A stretch of 63,606 nt of DNA, counting the filler, from Chiloscyllium plagiosum (lineage: Eukaryota): NCBI RefSeq assembly GCF_004010195.1. It is 4 parts of one record of this genome, joined end to end, with 100 filler letters (N's around TTAATTAATTAA, not from the genome) between each part and the next. Parts side by side here need not be neighbours in the genome. Positions count along the whole stretch, not along the records: positions 1 to 30,756 come from NC_057714.1; positions 30,857 to 55,260 come from NC_057714.1; 2 more parts are not named here. One strand, given 5' to 3'. Numbering within the stretch: the stretch's first letter is position 1; each line of letters opens with the position of its first letter. The notes beneath the pieces are model-generated. The model was not told the origin of the DNA. It made no database searches and saw only the letters and a list, made by a program, of their open reading frames with translations. This document shows, piece by piece, positions 25,759 to 37,914 of this stretch. Made by a program: the position numbers and the translations under genes.

Positions 25759-26157
25759 AATTCTAGGAGAGGGGATGCCAACTGCACACTTCCTCCTATA
25801 CTGATCAGCTAGCTCAAGGAATCTACATAGTTCCTTCACTGTCTTAGCAAGACCACTCCTCCATTATGTAGACTTGCATGTGGAAGGGAATAATGCCTTT
25901 CTTCAATAACAAAGTGCCCATGATACCGTACTTTTATCTAGAAAAAATGACAATTCTCTGACTTGACTTTCAAGTCAAACACTTGACAAGAAGGCTAAGG
26001 CAGTGTCTAGTCTTGCAAGGGCGATCTCTGAAATCCATAAGACTATAAGGAACAGGAGTAGGCTATTTGGTCCCTCAAGCCTGCTTTGCTATTCAATAGG
26101 ATCATAGCTGATCCAACATTTCTCATGTTCACTTTCCTGTGTCTTCCCCATAGCCCT

Positions 26158-27150
26158 GGAGGCCTGTGACCAGTGGTATGCCACAAGGATCAGTGCTAGG
26201 TCCACTGCTTTTCGTCATTTATATGAATGATTTGGGTGTGAACATAGGAGGTATAGTTAGTAAGTTTACAGATGACACCAAAATTGGCGGTGTGGTTGAT
26301 AGTGAAGAAGGTTACCTCAGAATACAACAGGATGTTGATCAGATGGGCCAATGGGTGAGGGGCAACAGCTGGAGCTTAATTTAGATAAATGTGAGGTGTT
26401 GCATTTTGGAAAAGCAAATCAGAGCAGGATTTATACACTCAAAGAGACCTCGGAGTGCAGGTTCATAGTTCCTTGAAAGTAGAGTCGCAGGTTGATAGAA
26501 TAGCGAAGAAGGCGCTTGGTATGCTTTTCTTTATTGGTCACAGCATTGTGTATAGGAGTAGGGAGGTCATGTTAAAGTTTTACAGGACATTGGTTAGGCT
26601 ACTTTTGGAATACTGCATACAATTCTGGTCTCCTTCCTATCAGAAGGATGTTGTGAAACTTGAAAGGGTTCAGAAAATATTTACAAGAATGTTGCCTAGG
26701 TTGGAGGATTTGAGCTATAGGGAGAGGCTGAACAGGGTGGGGCTGTTTTCCCTGGAATGTTGGAGGCTGAGGGGTGACCTTATAGAGGTTTATAAAATCA
26801 TGAAGAGCATGGAGAGGATAAATAGACAAGGTCTTTTTCTCTGGGATAGGGGAATCCAGAACTAGAGGGCATAGGTTTAGGGTGAGAGGGGAAAGATATA
26901 AAAGGGATCTAAGGGGCAACTTTTTCATACAGAGAATGGTGCACGTATGGAATGAGTTGCCAGAGGAAGTGGTGGAGGCTGATACAATTATTTAAAAGCT
27001 ATCTGGATGGGTATATGAATAGGAAGGGTTTAGAGGGATATGGGCCAAAGGCTGGCAAATGAAACTAGATTAGGTTAAGATATCTGGTCGGCATGGATGA
27101 GTTGGACCGAAGGGTCTGTTTCCGTGTTGTACATCTCTATGACTCTATGA
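26158..27150 (+). mobile_element. 5'-truncated CR1 LINE (RT C-half + 3'UTR)
   Basis: PQGSVLGP, FTDDTK, LEYCIQFWSP and a ctatgactctatga tail. Confidence 0.92.
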
Positions 27151-27599
27151 CCCTTGATTCCCCTACTGATCAAAGAACTATCCTTCTCAGCCCTAAATAT
27201 ACACAAGGACCCTGCCCCTTCAGCTTTCTATAGCGAGAAGTTCCAAAGACAAAGTACAATTTGAGAGAAGAAATTCCTCTTTATCTCATGGAGCCCCTCT
27301 ATTCTGAAATTATACTCTGTTCCTAAATGCTCTCATGAGAGGAAACATCATCTTAGTATTTACAAACCCCTTAGAAATTCTATTTGCCTCAATAAAATCA
27401 TCTCTCAATCTTCTAAACTCCACAGAGTGGTGGCTCAACCTGTTTAGACTTTGCTGCCAAGACAATAACCTCCATACCAGTGATCATTCTCGGAACTGCC
27501 TCCAATGAAACAATATCCTTCCTTAAATAAGGGAACCAATACTGTTTGTAGTACTCCAGATGTGGTCTCACGAGCACCTATAAAGTTGCAGTAGGACTT

Positions 27600-28928
27600 T
27601 TCATCAACAGTTCATCAACTTCACCAATAAATTCCATGCCGACCTTAAATTCACTTGGACCATCTCTGACATCTCTCTCTCCTTCCTGGGTCTCTCCATC
27701 TCCATCAACGGTGACCCACTCAACATTGATATTTTCTACAAACCCACTGACTCCCACAGTTACCTGGATTAGACCTCTTCCCACATCGCTTCCTGCAAAA
27801 ACGCTATCCCTTACTCCTAATTCCTCTGCCTCTGCCACATCTGCTCCCACGAGGAGCAGTTTCAGCACAGAACACACCAGATGGCCTCCTTCTTTAAAGA
27901 CCGCAATTTTCCCACCCACGTGTTTGTTGAAGCCCTCCAGCAAATCTCATTCATGTCCTGCACCTCCACCCTCCAACCCCACCCCTCCAACCACAACAAG
28001 GACGGAACCCCCCAGTACTCACCTTCCACCCCACCAACCTCCATATACATCGCATTATCCTCCACCATTTCTGCCATCTACAAACAGACCCCACCACCAG
28101 AGACATATTTCCCTTTCTACCCCATCTGCTTTTTGTAAAGACTGTTCCCTCCGCTACTACCTCGCCAGGTCCACACCAACTCAACAACATACCCTCCCCT
28201 CCCGGCACCTTCTCTGCCACCACAGGAAGTGCAAAACCTCCATCCAAGGTTCCAGAGGAGCTTTCCACATCCATCAAAGTTTCGCCTGCACTTCCACACG
28301 TCCTTTACTGAATCCGTTGCTCCTTGTGCGGTCTCCTCCACATTGGGGAGACAGGACACCTACTCACAGAGTGCTTCAGAGAACACCTCCAGGACACCTG
28401 CACCAATTAATCCCACCGCCCCATTGCCGGACACTTGAACTCCTCCTCCCACACTGCCAAGGATATGCAGTTCCTTGGCCTCCTCTCTCGCCATTCCCTT
28501 ACCACCCAACACCTGGAGGAAGAAAGTCTCATCTTCCGCCTCAGGACCCTCCAACCCATGGCATCAATGTGGATTTCATTTGCCCTCCCCACACCTTACC
28601 CCAGTTCCAACCTTCCAGCTCAGCACTGTCCTCATGATCTGTCCCAAGTGTCCATCTTCCTTCCCACTTATTGGCTCCACCCTCCCCTCCGACCTATCAC
28701 CTTTACCCCCACCTCCATCCACTTATTGCACTCTCAGGTACCTTGACCCAGCCCAACCCCCCTCCCATTTCTCTCTCCACCCTCGAGGCTCCCAGCCTCA
28801 CTCCTGATGAAGGGCTTTTGCCCGAAATGTCGATATTCCTGCTCCTTGGATGCTGCCTGACCTGCTGTGCTTTTTCTGCACCACACTCTTGACTCTAATC
28901 TCCAGCATCTGCAGTATTCACTTCTGCC
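27600..28928 (+). mobile_element. 5'-truncated Penelope-like element (RT C-terminus, GIY-YIG endonuclease, hammerhead terminus) with 14-bp TSD
   Basis: FINFTNKFHADLKFTW, IFYKPTDSHSYLD, CKNAIPYS, MASFFKDRNFP and LEEESLIFRL. HHR cctgatgaagggcttttgcccgaaatgtc at ~28804-28832. Perfect TSD ttgcagtaggactt at 27586-27599 and 28929-28942. Confidence 0.93.
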
Positions 28929-30064
28929 TTGCAGTAGGACTTCCCTACTCTTATATACCAAATCTCTTGAAATAAGGGCAAACATTCCATTAGCCTTCCT
29001 GATTACCAGTTGCACCTGTATGTTCGCTTTCTGTGTTTCATGCTCAAATACCCCCAAGTCCCTTTGTGTTGCATCTTTCTCCATGTTCACCATAGATTCT
29101 CAAATAAGCAGCTATTATCAACCAAGGCAATTTGAATTGTCCTGCAATGACACTCATTGTTTTGTGCTAGACCCCAATCATAAGCTTAAGTTTATCCTGT
29201 TTTAATACTTTAAAAAGTATGAATCAAAAAAGTAAACAAAAGTAACTTTTTCCTCTCTGCATCCAATTTCCATCTGCTTCAAAATTACAAATATATATTC
29301 ATTGAGGCTGTACCTCCTCCAGATGTGAGTGAGCCAAAGATGAGCATGTCATCCAGATACACAAGAAAGGAGTGGACATTAAGGTCATCAAAAGCTTTAT
29401 CTATCCCATCCATGAGGTGGTATGGCATTACAGTGCCCAAACAGCATTCTTGTACATGCTTTTCATCCTTCAATGCCTGTTTGGAATGCTATCTTAATCA
29501 GCACTGGGTAGCTGATTATAACCATGAGCCAAATCAAGATTGCAGAAACACTTTGTACATTTAAAAACTTGCAATGTTTCTTCAATCCTTAGTAGAAGGT
29601 AAGTGTTCTCATAAATAATTGCACTGAGTGCCTGGTAATCAACACAAAGCCTCAGTTTTCTGTCTATCCTCCTCATGAGAATTGTGAGGCATATATGTGG
29701 ATTGACAACTCTTGAATGACATCTCACATCAAACACTTCTTCGGATAGTCCCAGACCTTATGTCAATGATGGAATGGGATCCTGCGATAAGGAATCATTA
29801 TCAAACAGTCATACTTAGTCACAATCCGGTCACAAATTCAATATCATCAGTATCTTTACTGAAAGTTGTCCTGAACTTACTAAGGGTGGAAACAGCTGTC
29901 TTCTCTGTGTCTCTAATTCCCCAATGTCCATCTTTGAAATGAAGTTGGATATATATCCTCTAGTCAATCCATTGACCATGAAATAAACACCTTTGTCACT
30001 GAAATTGGCAAACTGCATGGGTATCCAACCCTTTTCTCCCACAGTGACAAGGGCAGTGCCCTGA

Positions 30065-30142
30065 GTTACACCACTTTGGAGGGTCGGTGTGGACTTGTTG
30101 AGCCGAAGGGCCTGTTACCACACTTTAGGGATTCTAATTCTT
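30065..30142 (+). mobile_element. HE1 SINE 3' tail fragment
   Basis: ggagggtcggtgtggacttgttgagccgaagggcctg...gggattctaattct. Confidence 0.8.
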
Positions 30143-30631
30143 AAAAAAAGTAGTAACTCTGCTCAGCTAACACATGACGGTCTAGCAAGACCTGATGTCA
30201 GATGGCTTGAGCATTCAAACCACTAATGACAGGCAAATGGATTCCCTGCTACTTGAGACATTCTAAGGTCCCATACAGGCTGATACACCTTGAACACACT
30301 GTACAAAGTCAAAGACTCCTGGTTCCTAATTGCCAGCTTTGTAGTGTGTTATTCATTGCCATCGTCATACAAGCTTTCCAAAGATGCCTGGATATCTCTT
30401 CAAATGTTCAACCAAAACACAGAGTATTGACAGGGTCATGAACCAACAGAAACCCCAGGCTGTGAAAAGTGCAATGGAAGTGAGATAAGGAGGGCTCAAT
30501 ATGACACTGATAGCAAATGACTGACCACTACAAAGCAGAGACGTGGATAAAAGAAAAGACATCAATAAGCTCACACTCCTCAGCAAGATGCTCACGGAAT
30601 AACAGGTAAGAGTTGGCATATTTGTTTCTGT

Positions 30632-30756
30632 GGAGAAAGTGAGGTCTGCAGATGCTGGAGATCAGAGCTGAAAATGTGTTGCTGGAAAAGCGCAGCAGGT
30701 CAGGCAGCATCCAGGGAACAGGAGAATCAACGTTTCGGGCATAAGCCCTTCTTCAG
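30632..30756 (-). mobile_element. PLE family A terminus running into the gap
   Basis: Reverse complement of 186-310, with an intact CTGAAGA...GAAACGTT core on the minus strand. Confidence 0.88.
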
Positions 30757-30856
30757 NNNNNNNNNNNNNNNNNNNNNNNNNNNNNNNNNNNNNNNNNNNN
30801 TTAATTAATTAANNNNNNNNNNNNNNNNNNNNNNNNNNNNNNNNNNNNNNNNNNNN
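30757..30856. other. Artificial 100-bp gap (44N-TTAATTAATTAA-44N)
   Basis: Six-frame-stop linker. Identical copies at 55261-55360 and 62457-62556. Confidence 0.97.
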
Positions 30857-30978
30857 TGGATCTCCAGAGTTTATAAGTGGCATCTGTTAACCCCGGTTGG
30901 AATCCCCATGCTCCCACTATCGGTGCATAGGGGGATGTTTTATGTGAATTACCCTCATTTTGCCGCTTGGAATATAAT

Positions 30979-32398
30979 ACCCACTTATTAACCTTTTATT
31001 CTCAGACAAGAGGAAAATCATTACAGATCACTGTAAAAACCTTATAATACTGAATACAATCAAGGCTTGGAATATAATGCGGCAAAATGAGGGTAATTCA
31101 CATAAAACATCCCCCTATGCACCGATAGTGGGAGCATGGGGATTCCAACCGGGGTTAACAGATGCCACTTTTAAACTCTGGAGATCCAGGGGTATCTCAT
31201 GTCTCGGGGATTTATTTAAGGATGGGGTCCTGATGTCTTTCGGACAGCTGCGTGAGAAATTCGGATTACCCAATGGAGACCTCTTTCGATTCTTCCAAAT
31301 TCGAGATTTTATACAGAAGAAGACTACGTTATTAGATAGTCTTTATAAATCCGATAGAGAATGTAGTGTCCTACGACCAGTGGGGGTATCTTCCGTCAGT
31401 AATATTTATCATTTACTACATGATGAAGTATTGGGAGATATGGATAATCTGCTTAAAACATGGGATCAGGATCTGGGACTAGAAATCTCCACAGAAACGT
31501 GGAATGATATCTGGGAAAATGCTAGAAGAATTACTATTTGTAACAGAACCCAGGCTATCCAGCTGAAGATACTTCATAGGGCCCATATAGCACTGGTTCG
31601 ATTGGCAAAATTTAAGGCAGGAGCATCTCCAATGTGTCCTAAATGCAAAATAGAGGTGGGCACTCTTGTATATTGCTTATGGACCTGTCATAAGATCCGT
31701 GGATATTGGACTAAAGTAGCAAGTACCCTGATAGAAATTTTAGGAACGGAAATTAAAGTGGACCCCGTATCTCTCCTCTTGGGCTTTTCGAACTTTCCCT
31801 CCCTGGTCACGTACATGAAGAGACTATTTTCTATTCTTTCTTTCTGTGCAAGGAAAAATATTTTGGTGAACTGGGCGGCTGAGGGCCCCCCTGGACTTTC
31901 AAATTGGCACAGACTAATTATGGAATGTATTCCCCTTGACTTCCTTACAAATATGGTGTACCGAAAGACCGAATTATTTTATAAAATATGGCAGCCCTTT
32001 TTGAATTACATAAATACAGATATTTCGGCTATCCTAACAAGGGCTTTTATTTAATTGAGATTACAAACCTGGCTGGTCCGCGGCCCCTCTGGGGAGGAAT
32101 CCCGCACGAATACGGGTTTTATCATATCTGATGTTAACACATCCCGAGCATGTAAGAGACTTAAATATACACTCTGGTTAGTTGTAGGTTAGATTAGTAG
32201 ATAGTTGAGTTTTGTTTGTTTGTGTTTTTTTTTCTTTTCGTTTTTTTTTGTTTTGTTTTTTTTTTCTATTTTTGTCAAATTATGGTTATTGTATATTTGA
32301 GCTAATTGTATATCAATGTTTATATCTGAGAGTTTTGTTTATTTTTGTAAACTTGTAAAAATGTTAAATTTCTAATAAAAATATCTATAAAAAAAAAA
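30979..32398 (+). mobile_element. L1/Tx1-clade LINE 3' end (ORF2 C-terminal cysteine-rich domain, 3'UTR, poly-A)
   Basis: Uninterrupted ORF to 32054 with QLKILHR and CPKC...CLWTC (zf-RVT-like). T-rich 3'UTR, aataaa and an A10 tail. Confidence 0.88.
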
Positions 32399-32459
32399 GA
32401 ACAAATTGACAGCATCAGCTGATACCAAGGAGACGCTGCAAGAGAAGTTAGCTACTAGT

Positions 32460-33300
32460 GGAAAGTTTGCAGATAAGTTCATTGTTCGGAAGCTGGCAGT
32501 GTCTACTTATACCAACGCATGGAATGTTGATGTCACCTCTACAGATTTTTTTTATTTTGTAAGGAGCTACTTCAATTAGTAAAAATATGATATCACATAC
32601 TTAAAGGAAAGTGAACTTTTCTTCAAGTGGGCCATGTGTTGGAGCAGCACTGACAAAGTAGACTCTATGACTGGGAAAGTCAAAGGATCTGTCAGTAAGA
32701 TGAAAGAGCAAAATCCTCAGCTTCAGATCGATCATTATCCTCTGCTGTAGCCAAAACAATGCCACCAGAGCTAGCTGCAATATTAGTGCAAGCTGTGGAA
32801 ATCATGCACTACATAAAATCACTCCATTGAAATCATGCTTGCTCACTATTTTGTGTGCAGAATGGTAACAGAGTATCCGAGTTCACTACGTCTCAGACAT
32901 TTTCAGCCATTTAAATGAGCTGAATACTAAAATGCAGGGGCAGAACATGACAATCCTGACCATTGCAGATAAACTTTAAGGTTTCAGGTCAACTGGGATT
33001 TTTGACAGAGGCTATGGCAGAGACAGCAGCAGACCAATGTGTATAGCTTCCTATTCAAATGTCTCAATGCAGCAAGAGAAGTTTGGTTTCTATTTCTCCC
33101 TCGACCACAATAGAAGACTGCCTGGATACGTGATCTACTTATTCACTATATTGTGATTAATTGCAAGAGCTGATGCAAAAAGGAAAAGAAATATGCAGAA
33201 CCACTGATGGAACACACAAAGCTGAAGTTTGGAGAGATGCCTGTTTTTAATTGATTGTAGTATATGAATATCTGGCAATTTTGGACCAAGTTGGTTCTTA
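32460..33300 (+). mobile_element. hAT (Charlie/Buster-like) transposase relic
   Basis: STDKVDSMTGKVKG, VAKTMPPEL..AVEIMHYIKS, LKSCLLTILCAE and YVSDIFSHLNELNTKMQG; frameshifted. Confidence 0.8.
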
Positions 33301-33459
33301 AAAGCATAACTTTTGCAAACTAGCACATTGAATGTTGACATTTTTTTTTTAAAAAGATGGAGAACTGGCCAGTGGAGCAAGCTTTACAGCTTCCCCTCAA
33401 TTCCTCCTTGGATCAAAAGGCTTTATGCATGCCAGCAGACCCAGGTTTCCCACTAACTT

Positions 33460-34030
33460 GGTACAATTGTAATTTACTTTGTTTTGCACTGTATTGAATT
33501 TTAATTACATGTCATTTCAATTATTTCGTTGTAATTTATAAAAATATTGTTACAAATATGAAACTGTCTAAAATTCAGACATTTGAACAGAATGCAGTAT
33601 GTGGAACAGATTCAGGGTCATGAAGAGTTGGAAATAGTTGACTTGAATAGCTTTTGAAATTGTCTACACTTGCAGTCAAAGGTAGTAGTGTCATACATTC
33701 GTAGAGGTGTACAGCATGGAAACAGACCCTTCATTACAACTCGTCCATGCTGACCAGATATTCCAACCTAATCTAGTTCCCTTTGCCAGCACCTGGCCCA
33801 TAACCCTCTGAACCCTTCCAGTTTATATATCCATCCAGATGCCTCTTAAATGTTGCAATTGTACCACTTCCTCTGGCAGCTTATTCCATAAATGCACCAC
33901 CCTCTGCATGAAAATGTTGCTCTTAGGTCCCTTTGATATCTTCCCGTCTCACCCTCAACTCATGCCCTCTAGATCTGGACTCTTTCCCCCTGCTCTCCCC
34001 CAGGAGAGACTTTGATTATTTACTCCATCC
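33460..34030. repeat. Left arm of ~570-bp inverted duplication (AT-rich flank + CR1 3' end)
   Basis: Reverse complement of 35044-35427 plus 37280-37444. Confidence 0.85.
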
Positions 34031-34444
34031 AGTGGAGGGGCCAACATTGAATGAAGTATAACATTTGGAATCTGATCCAATTTCTGCATCATATTGCTAA
34101 AGGCTGCAGGCAGAGGCTGCATGGGTCAAGTACGTTATTGTTGACTCTAAAGATAACAGTAGTGGAATGGAAATCACAGTTCGGAGTGTGTGTTCCAGTC
34201 AATATTTATCTTTGAACTAACATTACCATGTAGCTCATTGCTGTTTAAGGGAATAGGCTGTAAGTTAATTTCAGTGATTGCACTTAAAATAAGCTTCACT
34301 ACCCAAAGCAGTGGTTCCCAATCTTCAATAACACAACACTTCAACGAGACAAACAATTCCACAGCATACGCATTTTTTATAGTTATTAGAGGTTTGCAAA
34401 ATAGCGAATAAAGAAACTAAAGGGTCAAACACTGTTACCAATCC

Positions 34445-35354
34445 ACTGGAGGTATAGTTAGTAAGTTTGTAGATGACACCAAAATTGGAGATGTAGTGGA
34501 CAGCAAAGAAGGTTACCTCCAAGTAGAACAGGATCTTGGTCAGATGGGCTAATGGGCTAATGGGCTGAGGAGTGGCAGGTGGAGTTTAATTTAGATACAT
34601 GCGAGATACTGCATTTTGCAAAAGCAAATCAGAGCAGGACCTAAACACTTAATGGTAAGATCCTAGGGAGTATTGCTGAACAAAGAGACCTTTGGAGTGC
34701 AGATTCACAGCTCCTTGAAAGTGGAGTCGCAGGTAGATAGGATAGTAAAGAAGGCATTTGGTATGCTTTCCTTTATTGGTCAGAATATTGAGTACAGGAG
34801 TTGGGAGGTCATGTTGCAGCTGTATAGGATGTTGGTTAGGACACTTTTGGAATATTGCGTGCAATTCTGGTCTTCCTATCGGAAGGAAAACTTGAAAGGG
34901 TTCAGAAAAGATTTACAAGGATTTTGTCAGGTTTGGAGGGTTTGAGCTATAAGGAGAGGCTGAATAGTATGGGGCTGTTTTCCCTGGAGCATCGAAGGCT
35001 GAGGGATGACCTTTATAGAGGTTTATAAAATCATGAGGAGCATGGACAGAGTAAATAGACAAAGTCTTTTCCCTGGGGGTGGGGGAGTCCAGAACTAGAG
35101 GGCGTAGTTTAAGGTGAGGGGGGAAAGATATAAAAGGGACCTAAGGGGTAACTTTTCACGCAGAGGGTGGTGCGTGTATGAAATGAGCTGCTAGAGGAAG
35201 TGGTAAAATTGCAACATTTAAGAGGCATCTGAATGGGTATGTGAATAGGAAGGGTTTGGAGGGATATGGGCCAAGTGCTGGCAAAGGGATATCTGATCAG
35301 CATGGCCAAGCTGGAATGAAGGGTCTGTTTCCATGCTGTGTATCTCTATGACTC
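34445..35354 (+). mobile_element. 5'-truncated CR1 LINE
   Basis: [15 protein letters not shown] and a ctctatgactc tail. Confidence 0.9.
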
Positions 35355-35427
35355 CCTTGCAAGTACACTACCTTTGACTGCAAGTGCAGACATTTTCAAA
35401 AGCTATTCAAGTCAATATTTCCAACTC

Positions 35428-37279
35428 AAATGGACTGAGGAGAGCCAGGAGGGAGCACGAAAAAAGCTTGGCAAGAAGGATTAGGGAGAACCCACAGGCA
35501 TTTTACTCCTATGTGAGGAATAAGAGAATGATCAGGGAGAAGGTAGGGCTGATCATGGATAGTGGAGGGAACTTGTGCGTGGAATCTGAGCAGGTAGGGG
35601 AAGCCCTAAATGAGTTTCTTTTATTGCTTCGGTTTTCACCAAGGAAAGGGAACATGTTGTGAATGAAAACTTTGAGGAACCGGAATACAGTCTTGACCAA
35701 AACAAAATTGATGAAGTTGATGTGCTGGAAATTTTGGAAAATATTAAGATTGATAAGTCCCCAGGGCCAGACCAGATTTATCCCAGGCTACTCAATGAAG
35801 CAAGAAAGGAGGTTGCAAAGCTGCTGGCGAGGATATTTGCCTCCTCACTCTCTACGGGAGTCGTACCGGAGGATTGGAAGGAGGCGAATGTTGTTCCTCT
35901 TTTCAAGAAGGGTAATAGGGAAATCCCTGGTAATCACAGACCAGTCAGTCTTACATCTGTGGTCAGCAAAGGTTTGGAACGAATTCTGAGGGATAGGAAT
36001 TATGAGTATTTGGCAAAGCATAGTGTGATTAAAGGCAGTCAGCATGGCTTTGAGAGGAGCAGATCATGCCTCCAATCTTACTGAGTTCTCTGAGGAGGTG
36101 TCAAGACGAAGGTCGAGCAGTGGATGTGATGTATATGGACTTCAGCAAGGCAATTGATAAGGTTCCCCATGGTAGGCTCATTCATAAAATCAGGAAGTAT
36201 GGGATACGGGGAGATTTGGCTATGTGGAATCAGAATTGGCTGGCGGACAGAAGGCAGTGTGTGGTTGTCGAAGGAAAGTATTCTGCCTGGAGTTCAGTGT
36301 TGAATGGTGTCCCGCAGGGCTCTGTTCTTGGGCCTCTGCTCTTTGTAGTTTTTATAAATGACTTGGATGAGGAGGTTGAGGGGTGGGTTAGTAAATTTGC
36401 AGATGACACGAAGGTTCGAGGTGCAGGTTGCAGCGTGACATAAGACAGGATGCAGAGCTGGGCTGAGAAAATGGCAGATGGAGTTCAACCTGGATAAATG
36501 CGAAGTGATGCATTTTGGAAGGTCGAACGCGAATGCTGAATATAGCATTTAAGACAGGATTCTTGGCAGTGTGGAGGAACAGAGGGATCTTGGTGTGTAA
36601 GTATATAGATCCCTCAAACTTGCCACCCAAGTGGATAGGGTTGTTAAGAAAGCATATGGTGTTTTGGCTTTCATTAACAGGGGGATCGAGTTTAAGAGCT
36701 GCGAGGTTTTGCTACAGCTCTACAAGTCCCTGGTTAGACCACATTTGGAATATTGTGTCCAGTTCTGGCAGCCCTACTATAGGAAAGATATAGAGGCTTC
36801 GGAGAGGGTGCAAAGAAGGTTTACCAGGATGCTGCCTGGACTAGAGGGCTTGCCTTATGAATAAGCTTGGACTTTTCTCTCTGAAGAGAAGGAGGAAGAG
36901 AGGAGACCTGATCGAAGTATACAAGATAATGAGTTGGATAGATAGAGACTTTTCCCCAGGGCAGGATTGACTGGTATGAGGAGTCATAGTTTGAAGATAA
37001 TAGGAGGAAGGTATAAAGGAGATGTCAGAGGTAGGTTCTTTACGCAGAGAGTTGTGAATGCATGGAATGCGTTGCCAGCTGTGGTGGTGGAAGCAGAGTC
37101 ATTGGGGACATCGAAGCAGAGTCATTGGGGACATCTAAGCAACTGCTGGACATGCATATGGATAGCGGTGAGTTGAGGGGTGCGTAGGTTAAGTTATTAT
37201 ATTTTACATTAGGATTAAACCTTGGCACAACATCGTGGGCCAAAGGGCCTGTTCTGTGCTGTACTTTTCTATGTTCTAA
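35428..37279 (+). mobile_element. 5'-truncated CR1 LINE with aactc TSD
   Basis: KSPGPD, PVSLTSV, DFSKA, PQGSVLGP, FADD and a ttctatgttcta tail. aactc at 35423-35427 and 37280-37284. Confidence 0.93.
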
Positions 37280-37454
37280 AACTCTTCATGACCCTGAATT
37301 TGTTCCACCTACTGCATTCAGTTCAGGGTCTGAATTTTAGACACTTTCATATCTGTAACAATATTTTTATAAATTGCAACTAAATAATTGAAATGACAAT
37401 TAAAATTCAATACAGTGCAAAACAAAGTAAATTACAATTGTATCACTCTCTTTT

Positions 37455-37912
37455 TTTACATCAGTCCTGCCATCCCAGAAATCAGTCTGGTAAACTTCCT
37501 TTGTACTTTCCCCATAGCCAGAGTATCATTCCTCAGGTAAGGAGACCAAAAACTGCACATAAAACTGCAAGGTGTGTTCTCACTAAAGCCCCGTACAATT
37601 ACAAGACATCCCTGCTCCTGCACTGGAATCATCTTGCTATGAAGGCCAACATACCATTTGTTGTCTTCACTGCCTGCTGCAACCGGATGCTTATTTTCAG
37701 CGATTGGTTTACATGCTGCACTCAAAGGGACTTGGTGTACTTGTGCGTGAAAGACAGAAAACTAACACAGATGCAGTGTGTAATTACAAAGCCTAATGGA
37801 ATGTTGGCACTTATTTCAAGGGATTTAGAGGAAAGGGTCCTGGTGAGACCACACAGAGTTGGATTAGATTAGATTCCCTACAGTATGGAAACAGGCCCTT
37901 TGGCCTAACAAG
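37455..37912. mobile_element. Short CR1 fragments in both orientations plus an HE1 tail
   Basis: FWSPYLR..VQRKFTRLI on the minus strand, ANGMLALISR-like on the plus strand, ttagattagattcccta tail. Confidence 0.7.
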
Positions 37913-37914
37913 TA

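Larger units (their letters stand above)
26035..29090 (-). mobile_element. CR1 3' fragment hosting a second CR1 and a PLE
   Basis: Tail cataagactataagg...ggagtaggcta at 26035. Resumes at 27151 (cccttgattcccc) and again at 28929. Confidence 0.8.
23805..29900 (-). mobile_element. Second decayed Gypsy pol (RT, RNase H, integrase), heavily interrupted
   Basis: RT KLRLCVDYQAL, LDLAHGYNQLP and LVYLDDMLIF at 29285-29736. RNase H LPFIL..SFLGIG and LELLAL..FTDNNP at 25090-25350. Integrase CTSAK, DVFAKF and GQCK.FNHTLHD at 23810-24450. May extend to ~30620. Confidence 0.85.

Noticed and set aside
27636..28637. 333-aa Pro/Ser/Thr-rich ORF
   Set aside because: Off-frame reading of the C-rich strand of the Penelope element; the real RT/GIY-YIG motifs lie mostly in other frames.
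30801..30812. TTAATTAATTAA palindrome recurring three times
   Set aside because: Always centred in 44N+44N. It is an artificial six-frame-stop linker, so adjacency across these gaps is not guaranteed.
37091..37136. 23-bp tandem duplication (and an 8-bp triplication at ~34543-34566)
   Set aside because: Ordinary slippage events inside dead CR1 copies.
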